Part shown: positions 54,934 through 64,000 of the stretch, piece by piece | Position numbering within the stretch: the first letter of the stretch is position 1 | Layout of the letters: every line of letters starts with the position of its first letter | Sequence record: MW812339.1 | Direction: 5' to 3' (one strand) | Length of the DNA: 64,000 nt | Position numbers and translations under genes: made by a program | The notes under the pieces: generated by a model | The model's input: the letters and a program-made list of their open reading frames with translations, nothing else | Databases searched by the model: none | Told to the model about the DNA's origin: nothing

Positions 54934-55446
54934 TCACTTGAAACCATTGAGTTCACCTTGAGTGCCAGACAAGTCAACTTTTAAGGGCAGGATGGTAAAT
55001 TCCCACATCCCTGTTTCTGTCTCCGGAGGAATATACTTAATGTGATTCATGCGTACGGAAACAATCAAGCTACCATTCTCTCCGGCCCGACGTTCAATCT
55101 CGAAGTCCTCGAGAACGAAATATTCACCATTGGCATACTTCTCATCCAACATGCCGTTGATGCTCGCCACGACGTGCCCGTCCATTTGCCAGTCATCTAC
55201 ACCATCACCGTCTATGATTCTACTCGTAATCCCTGTCGGGAGTCGGTTATAATAGATAGACGTCGAGCCAACGAAATAAATGGATTCTTCTTTGGCGGTG
55301 ATATACGTGGTGGTGTTAAATTGTTCTGACGGCCCACCCTGCATTGGGTTGTTGTAGATTTCAACATCATCCAAGGTTGCCGGGTGTGCCAGACTGGGGT
55401 TAGCTGCGTTGTACAAATCAAGCAGCTGTTGGGCGTAATTGATCAT
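54934..55446 (-). CDS. Virion protein, GELxGF family paralog 2
   Basis: FNTTTYITAK...FVGSTSIYYNRL; ends QGELNGFK. Confidence 0.75.
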   Translation of the reverse strand: MINYAQQLLDLYNAANPSLAHPATLDDVEIYNNPMQGGPSEQFNTTTYITAKEESIYFVGSTSIYYNRLPTGITSRIIDGDGVDDWQMDGHVVASINGMLDEKYANGEYFVLEDFEIERRAGENGSLIVSVRMNHIKYIPPETETGMWEFTILPLKVDLSGTQGELNGFK

Positions 55447-55578
55447 AACGTCTTCCTTGTTTAACAGCGGTGTGAAATGAACTTGTTAAGTTCGCTGTGC
55501 ACATGTCCCTTTTTTACTGTAAAAGAAAAAACTAGGCGAAACGGGAAGGCTCAACAGAACCCTCCCGTAATTCAAACT

Positions 55579-56109
55579 TTACTGGATAGTAAAGCCGTCC
55601 AGCTCGCCATTAGTGGTGCTCAGGTCGGTCTTAGTGACTTCCTGCTTAATGGTGTATTGCGCCAGGGAGTTACCGAGGAACTTGATGTGGCCATCTTTGA
55701 TAGCAACAGCAATGATCTTATCGGTACCTGTGCCGTCGGAACGTGTGATTGTCAGGTCGCTCAGCGCGAACTCGTCGTCCGGATGGGTAACCTGGAAATC
55801 AGCGTTTACTTTGGCCAGCACTTCGGAATCTTCATCCCAGTCAGCCTGGTCCGCAGTAATCGTTTTGTCACCGATACCGTCTGCAACGTCCAGACGGATA
55901 TAATGGAGTTCCTTCTCGCCGATGAAGTTTGCAGACTCCGCTGCAGCGGTGATGATGAGTTTGGTGTTACGGGTATCACCGCCATCGGCAGGGGTATACG
56001 CAGAGACGGCACCGAAGGTGACATCAGCGACTACCAGAGCGTTAGGCACTGAACCATTTACAGCATTAAACAAGGCAACAAGTTGCGCTTGGGCGGAAGT
56101 AACGGCCAT
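55579..56109 (-). CDS. Virion protein, GELxGF family paralog 3
   Basis: DTRNTKLII...FIGEKELHYIRL; ends NGELDGFTIQ. Confidence 0.75.
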   Translation of the reverse strand: MAVTSAQAQLVALFNAVNGSVPNALVVADVTFGAVSAYTPADGGDTRNTKLIITAAAESANFIGEKELHYIRLDVADGIGDKTITADQADWDEDSEVLAKVNADFQVTHPDDEFALSDLTITRSDGTGTDKIIAVAIKDGHIKFLGNSLAQYTIKQEVTKTDLSTTNGELDGFTIQ

Positions 56110-56233
56110 GTGTTTTTCCTCTTACTACAGGGGTTGGTTGCATATAATCGGCAGTGTAAATTACGTGTGAAAGGATTATATGACAGTGTTCAAGGCTGTT
56201 AAACAATAAAGTTTCAACCAGTAAAGGTACTCT

Positions 56234-56746
56234 ATGAAACACTTACTCTTTGTTTTTGCGTTTATTAGCCTGTTGTCAGGCTGCGCTATGGCACCCGATG
56301 ATCAGGGTCAATTCAGTACCGTTCCGGTGACTAACCACGACATGGTTATTTATACTTGTACCGGTGCGAACGAATCGTTCTCTGATTATCGTCCGGTTCT
56401 CAACAATCTCCAGTTGCTGCCACGGGCGGTAACGATTATGGATGTTGGGGCTAACTGGGTTGCTACGTGGGAAGGCGGTAAACTCGAATCGCCACAGCTG
56501 TATAAAGACATGCTCGGGAAGATTGACGGTAATATCAACACCCAGTCCGGTCAGCGCTTCTACCGAATTAACGGTGTACTAACCGCCACACCAACCTTTT
56601 CTTATTCTGACGTGAACCCACTGACGGGTACCGGCAAAGGAATGACGTTCTTCCGTTGTACACAAGGTCCGGTAGACCAACCATCCACCCCGATGTTGAT
56701 TACCACCTCTCCAGAACAAAGCACCGACAAAGTCGACGCGAAATAA
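56234..56746 (+). CDS. Lipoprotein
   Basis: Lipobox LLSG-C after hydrophobic leader; two mature-region Cys; own terminator. Confidence 0.8.
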   Translation: MKHLLFVFAFISLLSGCAMAPDDQGQFSTVPVTNHDMVIYTCTGANESFSDYRPVLNNLQLLPRAVTIMDVGANWVATWEGGKLESPQLYKDMLGKIDGNINTQSGQRFYRINGVLTATPTFSYSDVNPLTGTGKGMTFFRCTQGPVDQPSTPMLITTSPEQSTDKVDAK

Positions 56747-56795
56747 AAAGCTTATACCCACTCCCGAAAAGGAGTGGGTAGGCTTTTATTTATTT
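56742..56795. terminator. Bidirectional intrinsic terminator
   Basis: TACCCACTCC-CGAAAA-GGAGTGGGTA with A/T tracts. Confidence 0.8.
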
Positions 56796-56877
56796 GTCCA
56801 CACAGAGCGCCTGTAACGCTCTCTAACGGACTTTCGTCTTTTAGACGATAAATGGTACTGACTTAGAAACGATGCGC

Positions 56878-57393
56878 TTAGATGGCAACTACGCGGCTCC
56901 AATCAATAGGCTTCTGTTTCACGACTTTCTGCGTACCACGGGTCGGTGACCAGAACGTAATGTCTGGCTGGTTACGGACATCCACATGCAGCCACGTGAT
57001 ATCGGTTTCGATAAAGTGGATGAACGGGAATTCGTCCGGATGTGCCGCGATATAGTCGTGGACTTGCTGGAGTGGCGTGTCCAGCATCGTGGCATCAAAC
57101 GCATTACCAAACTTGTGCATACTGCCGGAATCAGCATAGAGTTTGTTCGCACGGGTTTGCCAGTCACCACCTTTCGGTTTCTCCTGATTAATAAAGAACT
57201 GGAGAGTGCGCAGGGAACGCTGTTGCTGAGAGGCAGTCAGAATTACCATGCGGCCGAAACGGTTACGGATCTGCTGCAGAGAAATCAACAGCAGCGGGTT
57301 CAGGAAGCGCATCGCGCCGTCGCCGTACTTACTGATGTATTCCTGAGGCAACAGTTCTTTCAGTGCAAAGTTGGCAGGATTAGGATGGTACAT
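56878..57393 (-). CDS. Peptidase M15 family Zn peptidoglycan peptidase
   Basis: RSLR, SMHKFGNAFD (SxHxxGxAxD), WLHVD. Confidence 0.85.
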   Translation of the reverse strand: MYHPNPANFALKELLPQEYISKYGDGAMRFLNPLLLISLQQIRNRFGRMVILTASQQQRSLRTLQFFINQEKPKGGDWQTRANKLYADSGSMHKFGNAFDATMLDTPLQQVHDYIAAHPDEFPFIHFIETDITWLHVDVRNQPDITFWSPTRGTQKVVKQKPIDWSRVVAI

Positions 57394-57402
57394 GTTATCT
57401 CC

Positions 57403-58044
57403 TTACGGGACCGTCAGGAACGCACGCTTGATATTCAAGTATTGCAAGTTCACTGGTTGGCCATTGGTGATATCGACGCGTTCGTGGTCAGGTACCCCAG
57501 CTTCTAACTGCTCACGGAAGAACAGGTAGTTGCGATTGTAATCCAGGGTCTTTTCCACCGGGCGACTATAGTACACATTCTCATTCGGGTCAGCGTAGGA
57601 AGGCCATCCGAATTTGTGCACTGCCTCGTAGAACGACTTGCGAATAAACGGGTCGACGTTGAGTGCCTCCATGATGCGCAAGAACATCAGGTCAGCAAAG
57701 TCTTTGCCGCAAGCACGGGAAAGGTTCCCACAGTCGGTGTCAGGATAAACCCCAACGCTTGGGCGTTTCTGATAGAACAAATCATGGACACAAGCAGCCG
57801 CAGACCAGGGGCCGTCTGGGTGGAGCAACGGCTGGAGTGCGACAGGAATGCTGGCCATGTCAGTTACGAAACCTTTTGGTGCAGTCACATACAGTTGCTT
57901 GTCGGGATGGACGCCCGATAAACGAACCATCTCGTCCATTCCACCCGCTTCACGGTAAAGCGACCGCAGCGAAAAGGCGAAATGAAAATCATCCGTGAGA
58001 ACAAACCACGGTTTCTCTAACAGCTTATAATAAAGTTTTTGCAT
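57403..58044 (-). CDS. DUF1353 domain protein
   Basis: APKGFVTDMASIP...AACVHDLFY...ADLMFLRIM; start MQKLYY at 58044. Confidence 0.8.
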   Translation of the reverse strand: MQKLYYKLLEKPWFVLTDDFHFAFSLRSLYREAGGMDEMVRLSGVHPDKQLYVTAPKGFVTDMASIPVALQPLLHPDGPWSAAACVHDLFYQKRPSVGVYPDTDCGNLSRACGKDFADLMFLRIMEALNVDPFIRKSFYEAVHKFGWPSYADPNENVYYSRPVEKTLDYNRNYLFFREQLEAGVPDHERVDITNGQPVNLQYLNIKRAFLTVP

Positions 58045-58305
58045 AGCATCCTCAAGCCAGGAATTTGACCAGCGAAAGAATAGCCAACAATCCAAACAAC
58101 ACCGGCATTAGGCCTTCTGGCCAATCGTCATTGTTACTCATGGGGCTACTCTCCGAAAGAAGATTGCGCGAAGCATCTTAAAGAAACCGGAGTCTTCAGT
58201 CGTTCTCTCCGGGACGTGCGCTGGGTTTGTCATGGCGTTGTTTCCTCATGGCAAAGACTAAAGCGCGCCACAAGGCGCGCATCAGGGTTACAAACCAGTT
58301 TGATT

Positions 58306-58896
58306 TCACTTACCTGCTCCTAGCGCGGTAACTAAGTCCGGCACTTCCTGATAAATACGATCATACCAGCCGTAAGTGAACTCCTCGTTCTTCTGACGTT
58401 TCTCGCTGATATCCGTGTAGTAATAACCCTGGTGACAGAACAGCGCCATCACGACACGTTTCACACCTTCCAGACCACGAGCCTTAACGAAGCCTGCCAA
58501 AGCATCCAGGGTCAGTTTACCGATACCGCCATCGGCATCGATATCGTTGTACAGTTTCTGCTGACGGTTCAATACGTTCAGAATACGCTGCAGTTCTTTG
58601 ATGCAGTTAGCACGACCGGCATTGATACCGAAGTCAAACATGCGGTCAGCCAGAGCAGGGGAGATAGCGAAGATTTGGTCTAAGCGCATCCGTTGCCACC
58701 AAAGCTTGTCATAAATCGCCAATGCCGTAGACTGCGGCATGTCTTTCATTGCACCTTTATAGCCGTATTCATCGGCTGTGATTTTGGTTACACCCCAGAT
58801 GGTTTCGCCACCGAGGTCGTCTTTGTTATTCACATAACCTGCTTCGATATTAACCTTAGCGCGGATAATACCTTCTTTACTCCAACGTTCGACCAC
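58306..58896 (-). CDS. Glycoside hydrolase family 108 lysozyme with PG-binding domain (endolysin)
   Basis: IEAGYVNNKDDLGGETIWGVT, FDFGINAG, LQRILN, DGGIG..TLDAL, FTYGW. Confidence 0.9.
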   Translation of the reverse strand: MVERWSKEGIIRAKVNIEAGYVNNKDDLGGETIWGVTKITADEYGYKGAMKDMPQSTALAIYDKLWWQRMRLDQIFAISPALADRMFDFGINAGRANCIKELQRILNVLNRQQKLYNDIDADGGIGKLTLDALAGFVKARGLEGVKRVVMALFCHQGYYYTDISEKRQKNEEFTYGWYDRIYQEVPDLVTALGAGK

Positions 58897-58920
58897 GATA
58901 GTCTCCTCTCAGGTAGGGGT

Positions 58921-58960
58921 CATAAAAAAGAAAGCCTCTCCCCCGAAGGAGAGAGGACTT
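58921..58960 (-). terminator. Intrinsic terminator
   Basis: CCTCTCTCC-TTCG-GGGGAGAGG followed by CTTTCTTTTTT on minus strand. Confidence 0.7.
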
Positions 58961-58963
58961 TAT

Positions 58964-59866
58964 TTACGGTAACAGTTCCAGGACAACCAACACAGCTTGT
59001 GAAGCAGTCTTTGCGGTCTTACCAAGAATTTCTGGCGTGGCGGCTGCAACACCGACCTGGTTAGTAGCATCATACGCATGTGCGCCGATAGAAGCCAGTG
59101 AGGACGTGGCATCGTTGAAGCGTGGAAGAATGGTTGGGTCAGTCAATGCGTTCCCATCCTGCTTCAAACGCGCATAGGTGCTCTTCCACTCACTGTTATT
59201 GAAATCTTCCTGTGCGGTGATGTACTCCGTAAACGGCTTATCACTCATCCGTATACCGCGGGCGATAAACTGATAGCCCCCGATTTCAATGATGCATTGC
59301 TGGTTCACGGCACCCGGCTCACCGGTTGGCGACTGGCCGAAGTCATCGGTTCCGAACACGAAGCCCGAGTTATACAGGTTCGTCCAGTTGTTGGCACTGA
59401 CCAATGCAACGTTACAGGCCAGTAGAATCTTACCCTTATAGACAAACTTGTACCAGGTGCCCGACGTCGATGTTGCGAAAGACATCCCGGTGAGATTTTT
59501 CAACTGGTCTTTGATTTTGTTTGCTACATCGACCGGGGTTACCCATTCTGTTGGGGTAATTTCACCGAAGTACCCACGTACCCAGTCACCGCGTATCACT
59601 TTATCAGGACCGGGTCCCAGGTTGGAATAGTAACCCTGAGTTTGGTTTGCCCCGAAGGAACGGTTACCAGCCTTCACGACTGCCACGGTGTAGTAATAAG
59701 TGTTACCGACACGCACGCCATTATCTTCGTACTCGGTAACATCCCCTGCCAAGGTGGCAATCGGTGTACCGGGGTTGTTCTCATCGATAGGCGATTCAGA
59801 ACGGTATACTTCTACGGCGTCCAGATTTTGGTCGGTCTGGTCATCCCACTTGATTGTAATGCCCAT
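58964..59866 (-). CDS. Virion protein, FN3-like plus GPGP domain, paralog 1
   Basis: ITIKW...VEVYRS...YED...TYYY; GPGP...GDW..GYFG; WYKF. Confidence 0.75.
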   Translation of the reverse strand: MGITIKWDDQTDQNLDAVEVYRSESPIDENNPGTPIATLAGDVTEYEDNGVRVGNTYYYTVAVVKAGNRSFGANQTQGYYSNLGPGPDKVIRGDWVRGYFGEITPTEWVTPVDVANKIKDQLKNLTGMSFATSTSGTWYKFVYKGKILLACNVALVSANNWTNLYNSGFVFGTDDFGQSPTGEPGAVNQQCIIEIGGYQFIARGIRMSDKPFTEYITAQEDFNNSEWKSTYARLKQDGNALTDPTILPRFNDATSSLASIGAHAYDATNQVGVAAATPEILGKTAKTASQAVLVVLELLP

Positions 59867-59875
59867 GATTTATCC

Positions 59876-60856
59876 TCAAATGTTTGCCAGATCAACTTCA
59901 CCTACGCGGCCGATATACTCGACAACAGGCCACCAACAGTTCGCTGCTGTGCGACTACGAATCGAGAAACTGCGCATCGAATCGCGCGATGCAGCGCCCC
60001 AGTCGTACGGACCGTTACCGCGCTGTAACGCATTGGCTGCACTGGCCACCTCCTGACACATTACCCCGACGGAGGTACGGTCGCTGCGACTGCCGGAGGT
60101 GAGCACCGCATTCATGTTGATGTTCGCAACAGACACCATGCGCTGGCGCAGAGGGGTCATCGTCCCGATAGGATACAGAAGGTCTTCGTACTCGGAGTAA
60201 AGTCCAGCTGCCAGTGGGTTTGTGTCGAGGTCGGTGTTGACGCCGTCCCACACCATCCCATCCGGAATTCCCTTCGGTACACGAATCAGGAACAGGTCAC
60301 CGTTCAGTTCGAAAGTAGACAACTGATTCACATTAGCGGGAGATTCATCGGGGCCGTTGTCGTTCGTGCCGTAGATGCCACCTGCAGCATACAGGTTGTT
60401 CCAGGTTACATCAGCAAAGCGGGTGTCGGGTACGAAGAGGACTTTCCCGTTACGAATGTATTTGTACCACGTTGGGTAGTACATCGCCGTGGTGATGCCA
60501 CTGGTGGATTTCAACGCCCCGTAAATGGTGGCGCTGTTAATGAAGTCGGCAGCAGGAATACTGCCGAAGAAGCCGTAGGTTTCTGTACCGTGTTTCAGCA
60601 GGTTCGGGCCTGGGCCCTGACGGTCAGTCACTTCAATTTTCTGAGGACGGCTGACTACGCGGTCGTCGGCTGTGTTGATCGCCCACACGTAGTAGTAGGT
60701 CTTGCCAAAGAGTGCAGTGGTGTCGATCCAGTCCAGTTCCCCGTTCTCTAGCGTCACGAGTGGGGTGGTCAGGTCTACCTGTGCGGAGTCGCCACGATAA
60801 ATGTCAACCGTGGTTGCATTTTTATTAGGGTTCTTCCATTTTAGTTTTAGGGCCAT
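59876..60856 (-). CDS. Virion protein, FN3-like plus GPGP domain, paralog 2
   Basis: LKLKW...VDIYRG...WID...TYYY; GPGP...YGFFG; WYKY. Confidence 0.75.
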   Translation of the reverse strand: MALKLKWKNPNKNATTVDIYRGDSAQVDLTTPLVTLENGELDWIDTTALFGKTYYYVWAINTADDRVVSRPQKIEVTDRQGPGPNLLKHGTETYGFFGSIPAADFINSATIYGALKSTSGITTAMYYPTWYKYIRNGKVLFVPDTRFADVTWNNLYAAGGIYGTNDNGPDESPANVNQLSTFELNGDLFLIRVPKGIPDGMVWDGVNTDLDTNPLAAGLYSEYEDLLYPIGTMTPLRQRMVSVANINMNAVLTSGSRSDRTSVGVMCQEVASAANALQRGNGPYDWGAASRDSMRSFSIRSRTAANCWWPVVEYIGRVGEVDLANI

Positions 60857-60868
60857 GTGTAAGTCCTC

Positions 60869-62395
60869 TTATTTAAAGCCGTCGAGTTCGCCATTCGCCT
60901 GTGTCAGGTTATAGGCCACCACTTCCTTATACTCAGCGCTAAGCTGAACAACGGGTGCTCGCAAAAGTTTATTCCAGCCGTAGGAGTGTAGTCCCAGTGG
61001 CGGGTTTGATTCACAGCGCGACAGCGCTACACGCAAAGCTCCCGGTCTCACCCAACTAAACTGTTGCACAGCTACCGGAGGCTGAGATACAAACTCAACC
61101 AACGGTTTATCCAACGCCCCGGAGATTTCCCAGGAGATGTCACTGACTATCAGTAACACGTCCCCAGTATCAGGGTTAATACTGAAGCGTGGCTTGCGTA
61201 AAGCCCCAGCGGGCTCGCCGATGAACTCTTCTAACGGAATAGCAATCTTGTCTAAGTCCGCCAATTCGAGCATCGGGCGATAACCACCGGTGTAGGTGGC
61301 TTTGTCGTACATACCCTGATTGATACCCGTCATGGACGAACCGAAACTTTTAGTCGGGTCATTCGATGACGTGGTACTAAACCAGAACCCGCCTGTCACA
61401 ATTGTCTGGCCATCCCATTCTCCTGTGGCGTAGCCGCCTGTTGCCACAATCTTCGCAAAGAGTCGCGCAACATCCCCGGTAGAGTCAGGTGTTTGGTTAA
61501 TAGCAACATAGTCCCATTTCGATTCTGAGGACAGACGTGGCATCGCTGGAGACAAATACCAGTCTCTGCCGTTCTCTGTCTTTTTGATAACGGGTCGTTG
61601 TGCAACCACTACGTTATCGGTTGGGAACTGCTGGTCTACCGGCTGGTCGGTCTCGTATACCGCCCCACGAACGTAAAGCTCTTGCCATTTGATGGTGATG
61701 TGGACATAATTCGCCAGATAGAGAATTTTCCCATCGCGAGCGAACTTGTACCAATACCGATCAGTAGCATAGTTGCTTAACGCCCCTGCGGGGGTGTCTT
61801 GATTTCTGTTCAAGCTGTCCAGCACTTGGCTTGGACTGAAGAGTTCCGCTTCGCTTACTAAGCCGAAGTACCCTTCGTTCAGGTCACCGATTAACAGCAC
61901 CTTACTTCCCGGTCCAGACTCTGGATAGGTTCCAACGGGCTTACGCGTCCATGTCACCTGTAACGCGCCTGTAAATGCCGGAGACGTTGCGGCGATGTTC
62001 AGGGTAACTTGGGTAGCGGTGTAGCCATAGGGAAGCTTGGTGGTGCCATTGCTTAAGTCGTCGGTCTGCAAAGACAACCCGTACTGCTTATTTAAGGACG
62101 GTAACAAATCTGCGTAGGTTTTGGATGACCCCTCCGCATCGAACACCACCGTGATGCCGTTAAACAGTGCCCCGAGATTAATCCTGTCGTAGAAGAATTC
62201 TTTCTTCCCAACAAACCCGGCCCCAGTTAAACCGTTTAAGGTAACGCGGGTATTGCGCCCGCTGCTACCTAAACCGCTTGTGCTGGGTGCGCTGAGCACG
62301 ATTATCGTGCTCGCGCTTAATCCAACTGTGCCGGGATTGTCCCGCATTACTTGCTGACATAGCAGATTCAGCGAAGAGCTGTCGTACAACCCCAT
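60869..62395 (-). CDS. Mosaic virion protein (RNT domain, GPG domain, GELDGF tail)
   Basis: GRNTRVTL...FVGKKEFFYDRI; SGPGS...GDLNEGYFG; WYKF; ends ANGELDGFK. Confidence 0.75.
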   Translation of the reverse strand: MGLYDSSSLNLLCQQVMRDNPGTVGLSASTIIVLSAPSTSGLGSSGRNTRVTLNGLTGAGFVGKKEFFYDRINLGALFNGITVVFDAEGSSKTYADLLPSLNKQYGLSLQTDDLSNGTTKLPYGYTATQVTLNIAATSPAFTGALQVTWTRKPVGTYPESGPGSKVLLIGDLNEGYFGLVSEAELFSPSQVLDSLNRNQDTPAGALSNYATDRYWYKFARDGKILYLANYVHITIKWQELYVRGAVYETDQPVDQQFPTDNVVVAQRPVIKKTENGRDWYLSPAMPRLSSESKWDYVAINQTPDSTGDVARLFAKIVATGGYATGEWDGQTIVTGGFWFSTTSSNDPTKSFGSSMTGINQGMYDKATYTGGYRPMLELADLDKIAIPLEEFIGEPAGALRKPRFSINPDTGDVLLIVSDISWEISGALDKPLVEFVSQPPVAVQQFSWVRPGALRVALSRCESNPPLGLHSYGWNKLLRAPVVQLSAEYKEVVAYNLTQANGELDGFK

Positions 62396-62407
62396 GTTAC
62401 ACTCCTT

Positions 62408-63313
62408 TTAGTTGAGAACCAATTCTAACACCGTTGTTGAATACGTGCCTGACGTATTACTGATGTTGGAGATACCCTCAGGTGAGTTAGCCGCATTTTG
62501 GTACTCTGCACTATTTGCCCACATATGCGCAAAGATGACCGATCCGGCCGTGTTGTACCCACCCGAACCCGGTAAATCACGATCGTCGAACCTCTGCTGA
62601 CTTCCACTATAACGCCACAGGCGGCACATCGTGTTGAACCATTCACCGTCCGCCGTGTACGAAGAATAACTACCTGCCGCGGTACCCGGCGCATCGTAAT
62701 CAAACAGGTATGGTAAACGCACAACATATTCATAACCGTTTTTGATCACCGTTTTTCTTTGCAGACTCACCCCCAGCCCGCTTGGGACGACTTTGCCGTT
62801 ATCAGGCGTACCCCAGGCGAATCCATTCTGGTAGTAAAAGTTATACGTCTGACTAACGTTCGTGTTGGTATCAGGGAAGAACAAGATACGATTTTTGTAC
62901 ACGAATTTGTGGAACAACACCGGGTTCTGGTTCCAGATGCCGACGCCTGCCAGTGCATTCATTTCGGCAGAGTTGATAATGAAGTCTTTGGCATCGATGG
63001 TACCAAAGTAGCCACAGTACCAGTCACCACGGATGATCTTCTGTGGCCCCGGCCCGGTATGTGGGAAATAGCCCTGTATCACCGGGAACCCGAAGACTTT
63101 ATCTGTGCCCTTTACGGACACGATGCGGTATTGATACGTTTTGTAGTTCTCTACCGTATTGTCTTCATAGCTGGTTGCGTTACCCGGCAACACGGCCAGT
63201 GGGGTACCTGGGTTGTTGGGATTGATAGTACCGCGCGGATTACTGATACGATAAATCTCAATCGAATCCAGGGTCTGGTTCGCCTTTTGCTTCCACGTCA
63301 AAGTAATCGGCAT
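62408..63313 (-). CDS. Virion protein, FN3-like plus GPGP domain, paralog 3
   Basis: ITLTW...IEIYR...YED...TYQY; GPGP...GDWYCGYFG; FHKF. Confidence 0.75.
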   Translation of the reverse strand: MPITLTWKQKANQTLDSIEIYRISNPRGTINPNNPGTPLAVLPGNATSYEDNTVENYKTYQYRIVSVKGTDKVFGFPVIQGYFPHTGPGPQKIIRGDWYCGYFGTIDAKDFIINSAEMNALAGVGIWNQNPVLFHKFVYKNRILFFPDTNTNVSQTYNFYYQNGFAWGTPDNGKVVPSGLGVSLQRKTVIKNGYEYVVRLPYLFDYDAPGTAAGSYSSYTADGEWFNTMCRLWRYSGSQQRFDDRDLPGSGGYNTAGSVIFAHMWANSAEYQNAANSPEGISNISNTSGTYSTTVLELVLN

Positions 63314-63316
63314 GAT

Positions 63317-64000
63317 TTACTCCATAAGCTCGATGACTGGGGCAAAGTAACCATTTGCTACCGCCGGGTCAACCAGTGAGATAAGTTCCAGGTCGTTAAG
63401 TGTGGAGGCCGCGGAGGTGAGGGAACGCCCACGCATCACAACCTTCCCGGAAGTAGGGTCACGTTCCTGACACAGGAATCCGGCATTAGCGAGCGCCGCT
63501 GACGCTGGGAAAATGGAAGCTGTAGAAACGTTAGCCCAGTTCGGAACCAGTTGCTTATCAGGCACCCATTCACAGAACGGATAGACAAGGTCGTTATACT
63601 CACAGCGACCATACGACGTCGCGTCATGCATCTGCCCATTGATGGCATCGGGCAAGGTCATGACGGTGGATTCACCCACAAAGGTTAATCCCCGCATCAA
63701 ACGCATTCGATACGTGTCACCCTGCCAATCGAACAAACCGCCCTGGTCAACAGCAGCTAAGGAACCCCGACCGTTAGCAGGTCCTGGGCCATCTACACCG
63801 TAAACTAATCCGGCGTTGTAGATGTCGTTCCAGGAGTTCTTGATACTCTGAACGCGACCGTACGTATTCAGAACATACAGTACGCGGCCGCCTGAGAAGA
63901 ATTTGAAGTGCGTCAACAGAGCATCACCACTCAACCCAGTTAACGAACGGAAACCCGCAGGGAACGCATTGTAAGTAAAACGCTCCGCAGGATCGGCGAT
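63317..64000 (-). CDS. Virion protein of the same family, partial (starts beyond window end)
   Basis: Frame stays open from 63934 to 64000 (IADPAERFTYNAFPAGFRSLTG...); HFKF..G.VLY, WNDIYNAGLVYG, PVIEL. Confidence 0.7.
   Translation of the reverse strand: MADPAERFTYNAFPAGFRSLTGLSGDALLTHFKFFSGGRVLYVLNTYGRVQSIKNSWNDIYNAGLVYGVDGPGPANGRGSLAAVDQGGLFDWQGDTYRMRLMRGLTFVGESTVMTLPDAINGQMHDATSYGRCEYNDLVYPFCEWVPDKQLVPNWANVSTASIFPASAALANAGFLCQERDPTSGKVVMRGRSLTSAASTLNDLELISLVDPAVANGYFAPVIELME

Noticed and set aside
13005-56185. Individual TATG late-promoter calls upstream of structural genes
   Set aside because: A 4-bp motif is too frequent to call without TSS data.
58060-58250. Possible frameshifted holin or small gene between GH108 and DUF1353
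   Set aside because: Only 31-41-aa overlapping ORFs without a convincing TM pattern or slippery site; cannot be supported.
1-64000. Introns, inteins, homing endonucleases, diversity-generating retroelement, integrase or transposase
   Set aside because: No LAGLIDADG, HNH, GIY-YIG, intein splice, reverse transcriptase or recombinase motifs were recognised, and core genes (uvsX, rnhA, sbcC, RNAP subunit) are uninterrupted.

Overview
This window is a 64 kb segment of a phiKZ-like jumbo phage (Chimalliviridae-type). The DUF1471 gene suggests an Enterobacterales host, probably SPN3US/Erwinia-jumbo-like; that assignment is inferred from protein motifs and gene order, not from a database search. The left part (1-24 kb) is a conserved core block: virion RNA polymerase beta C-terminal subunit, UvsX/RecA, RNase H, DEDDh exonuclease, candidate spanins, virion proteins, a lytic transglycosylase, a DarG-like macrodomain, a GNAT and SbcC. 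The middle (24-31.5 kb) is an accessory block of small minus-strand genes with a repeated 20-bp promoter-like motif, short hairpin/terminator units, a tandem family of secreted disulfide proteins and an ART-like gene. The right part (31.6-64 kb) is a baseplate/tail-fibre region with a central spike, four large paralogous fibre-like proteins, two further paralog arrays and peptidoglycan hydrolases. The standout is 48.9-54.3 kb, directly behind the fibre genes: three Cys-repeat (CXXX)n precursor-like peptides, two radical SAM enzymes (one with a full SPASM domain), two unknown proteins and a DUF4376 protein. It looks like a phage-encoded RiPP-type modification system. The precursor N-termini resemble tail-fibre segments, so the modified products may be virion parts rather than secreted metabolites. 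I recognised no tRNA, rRNA, CRISPR array, intron, intein or transposase. All family assignments are from motif recognition and need HMM confirmation.
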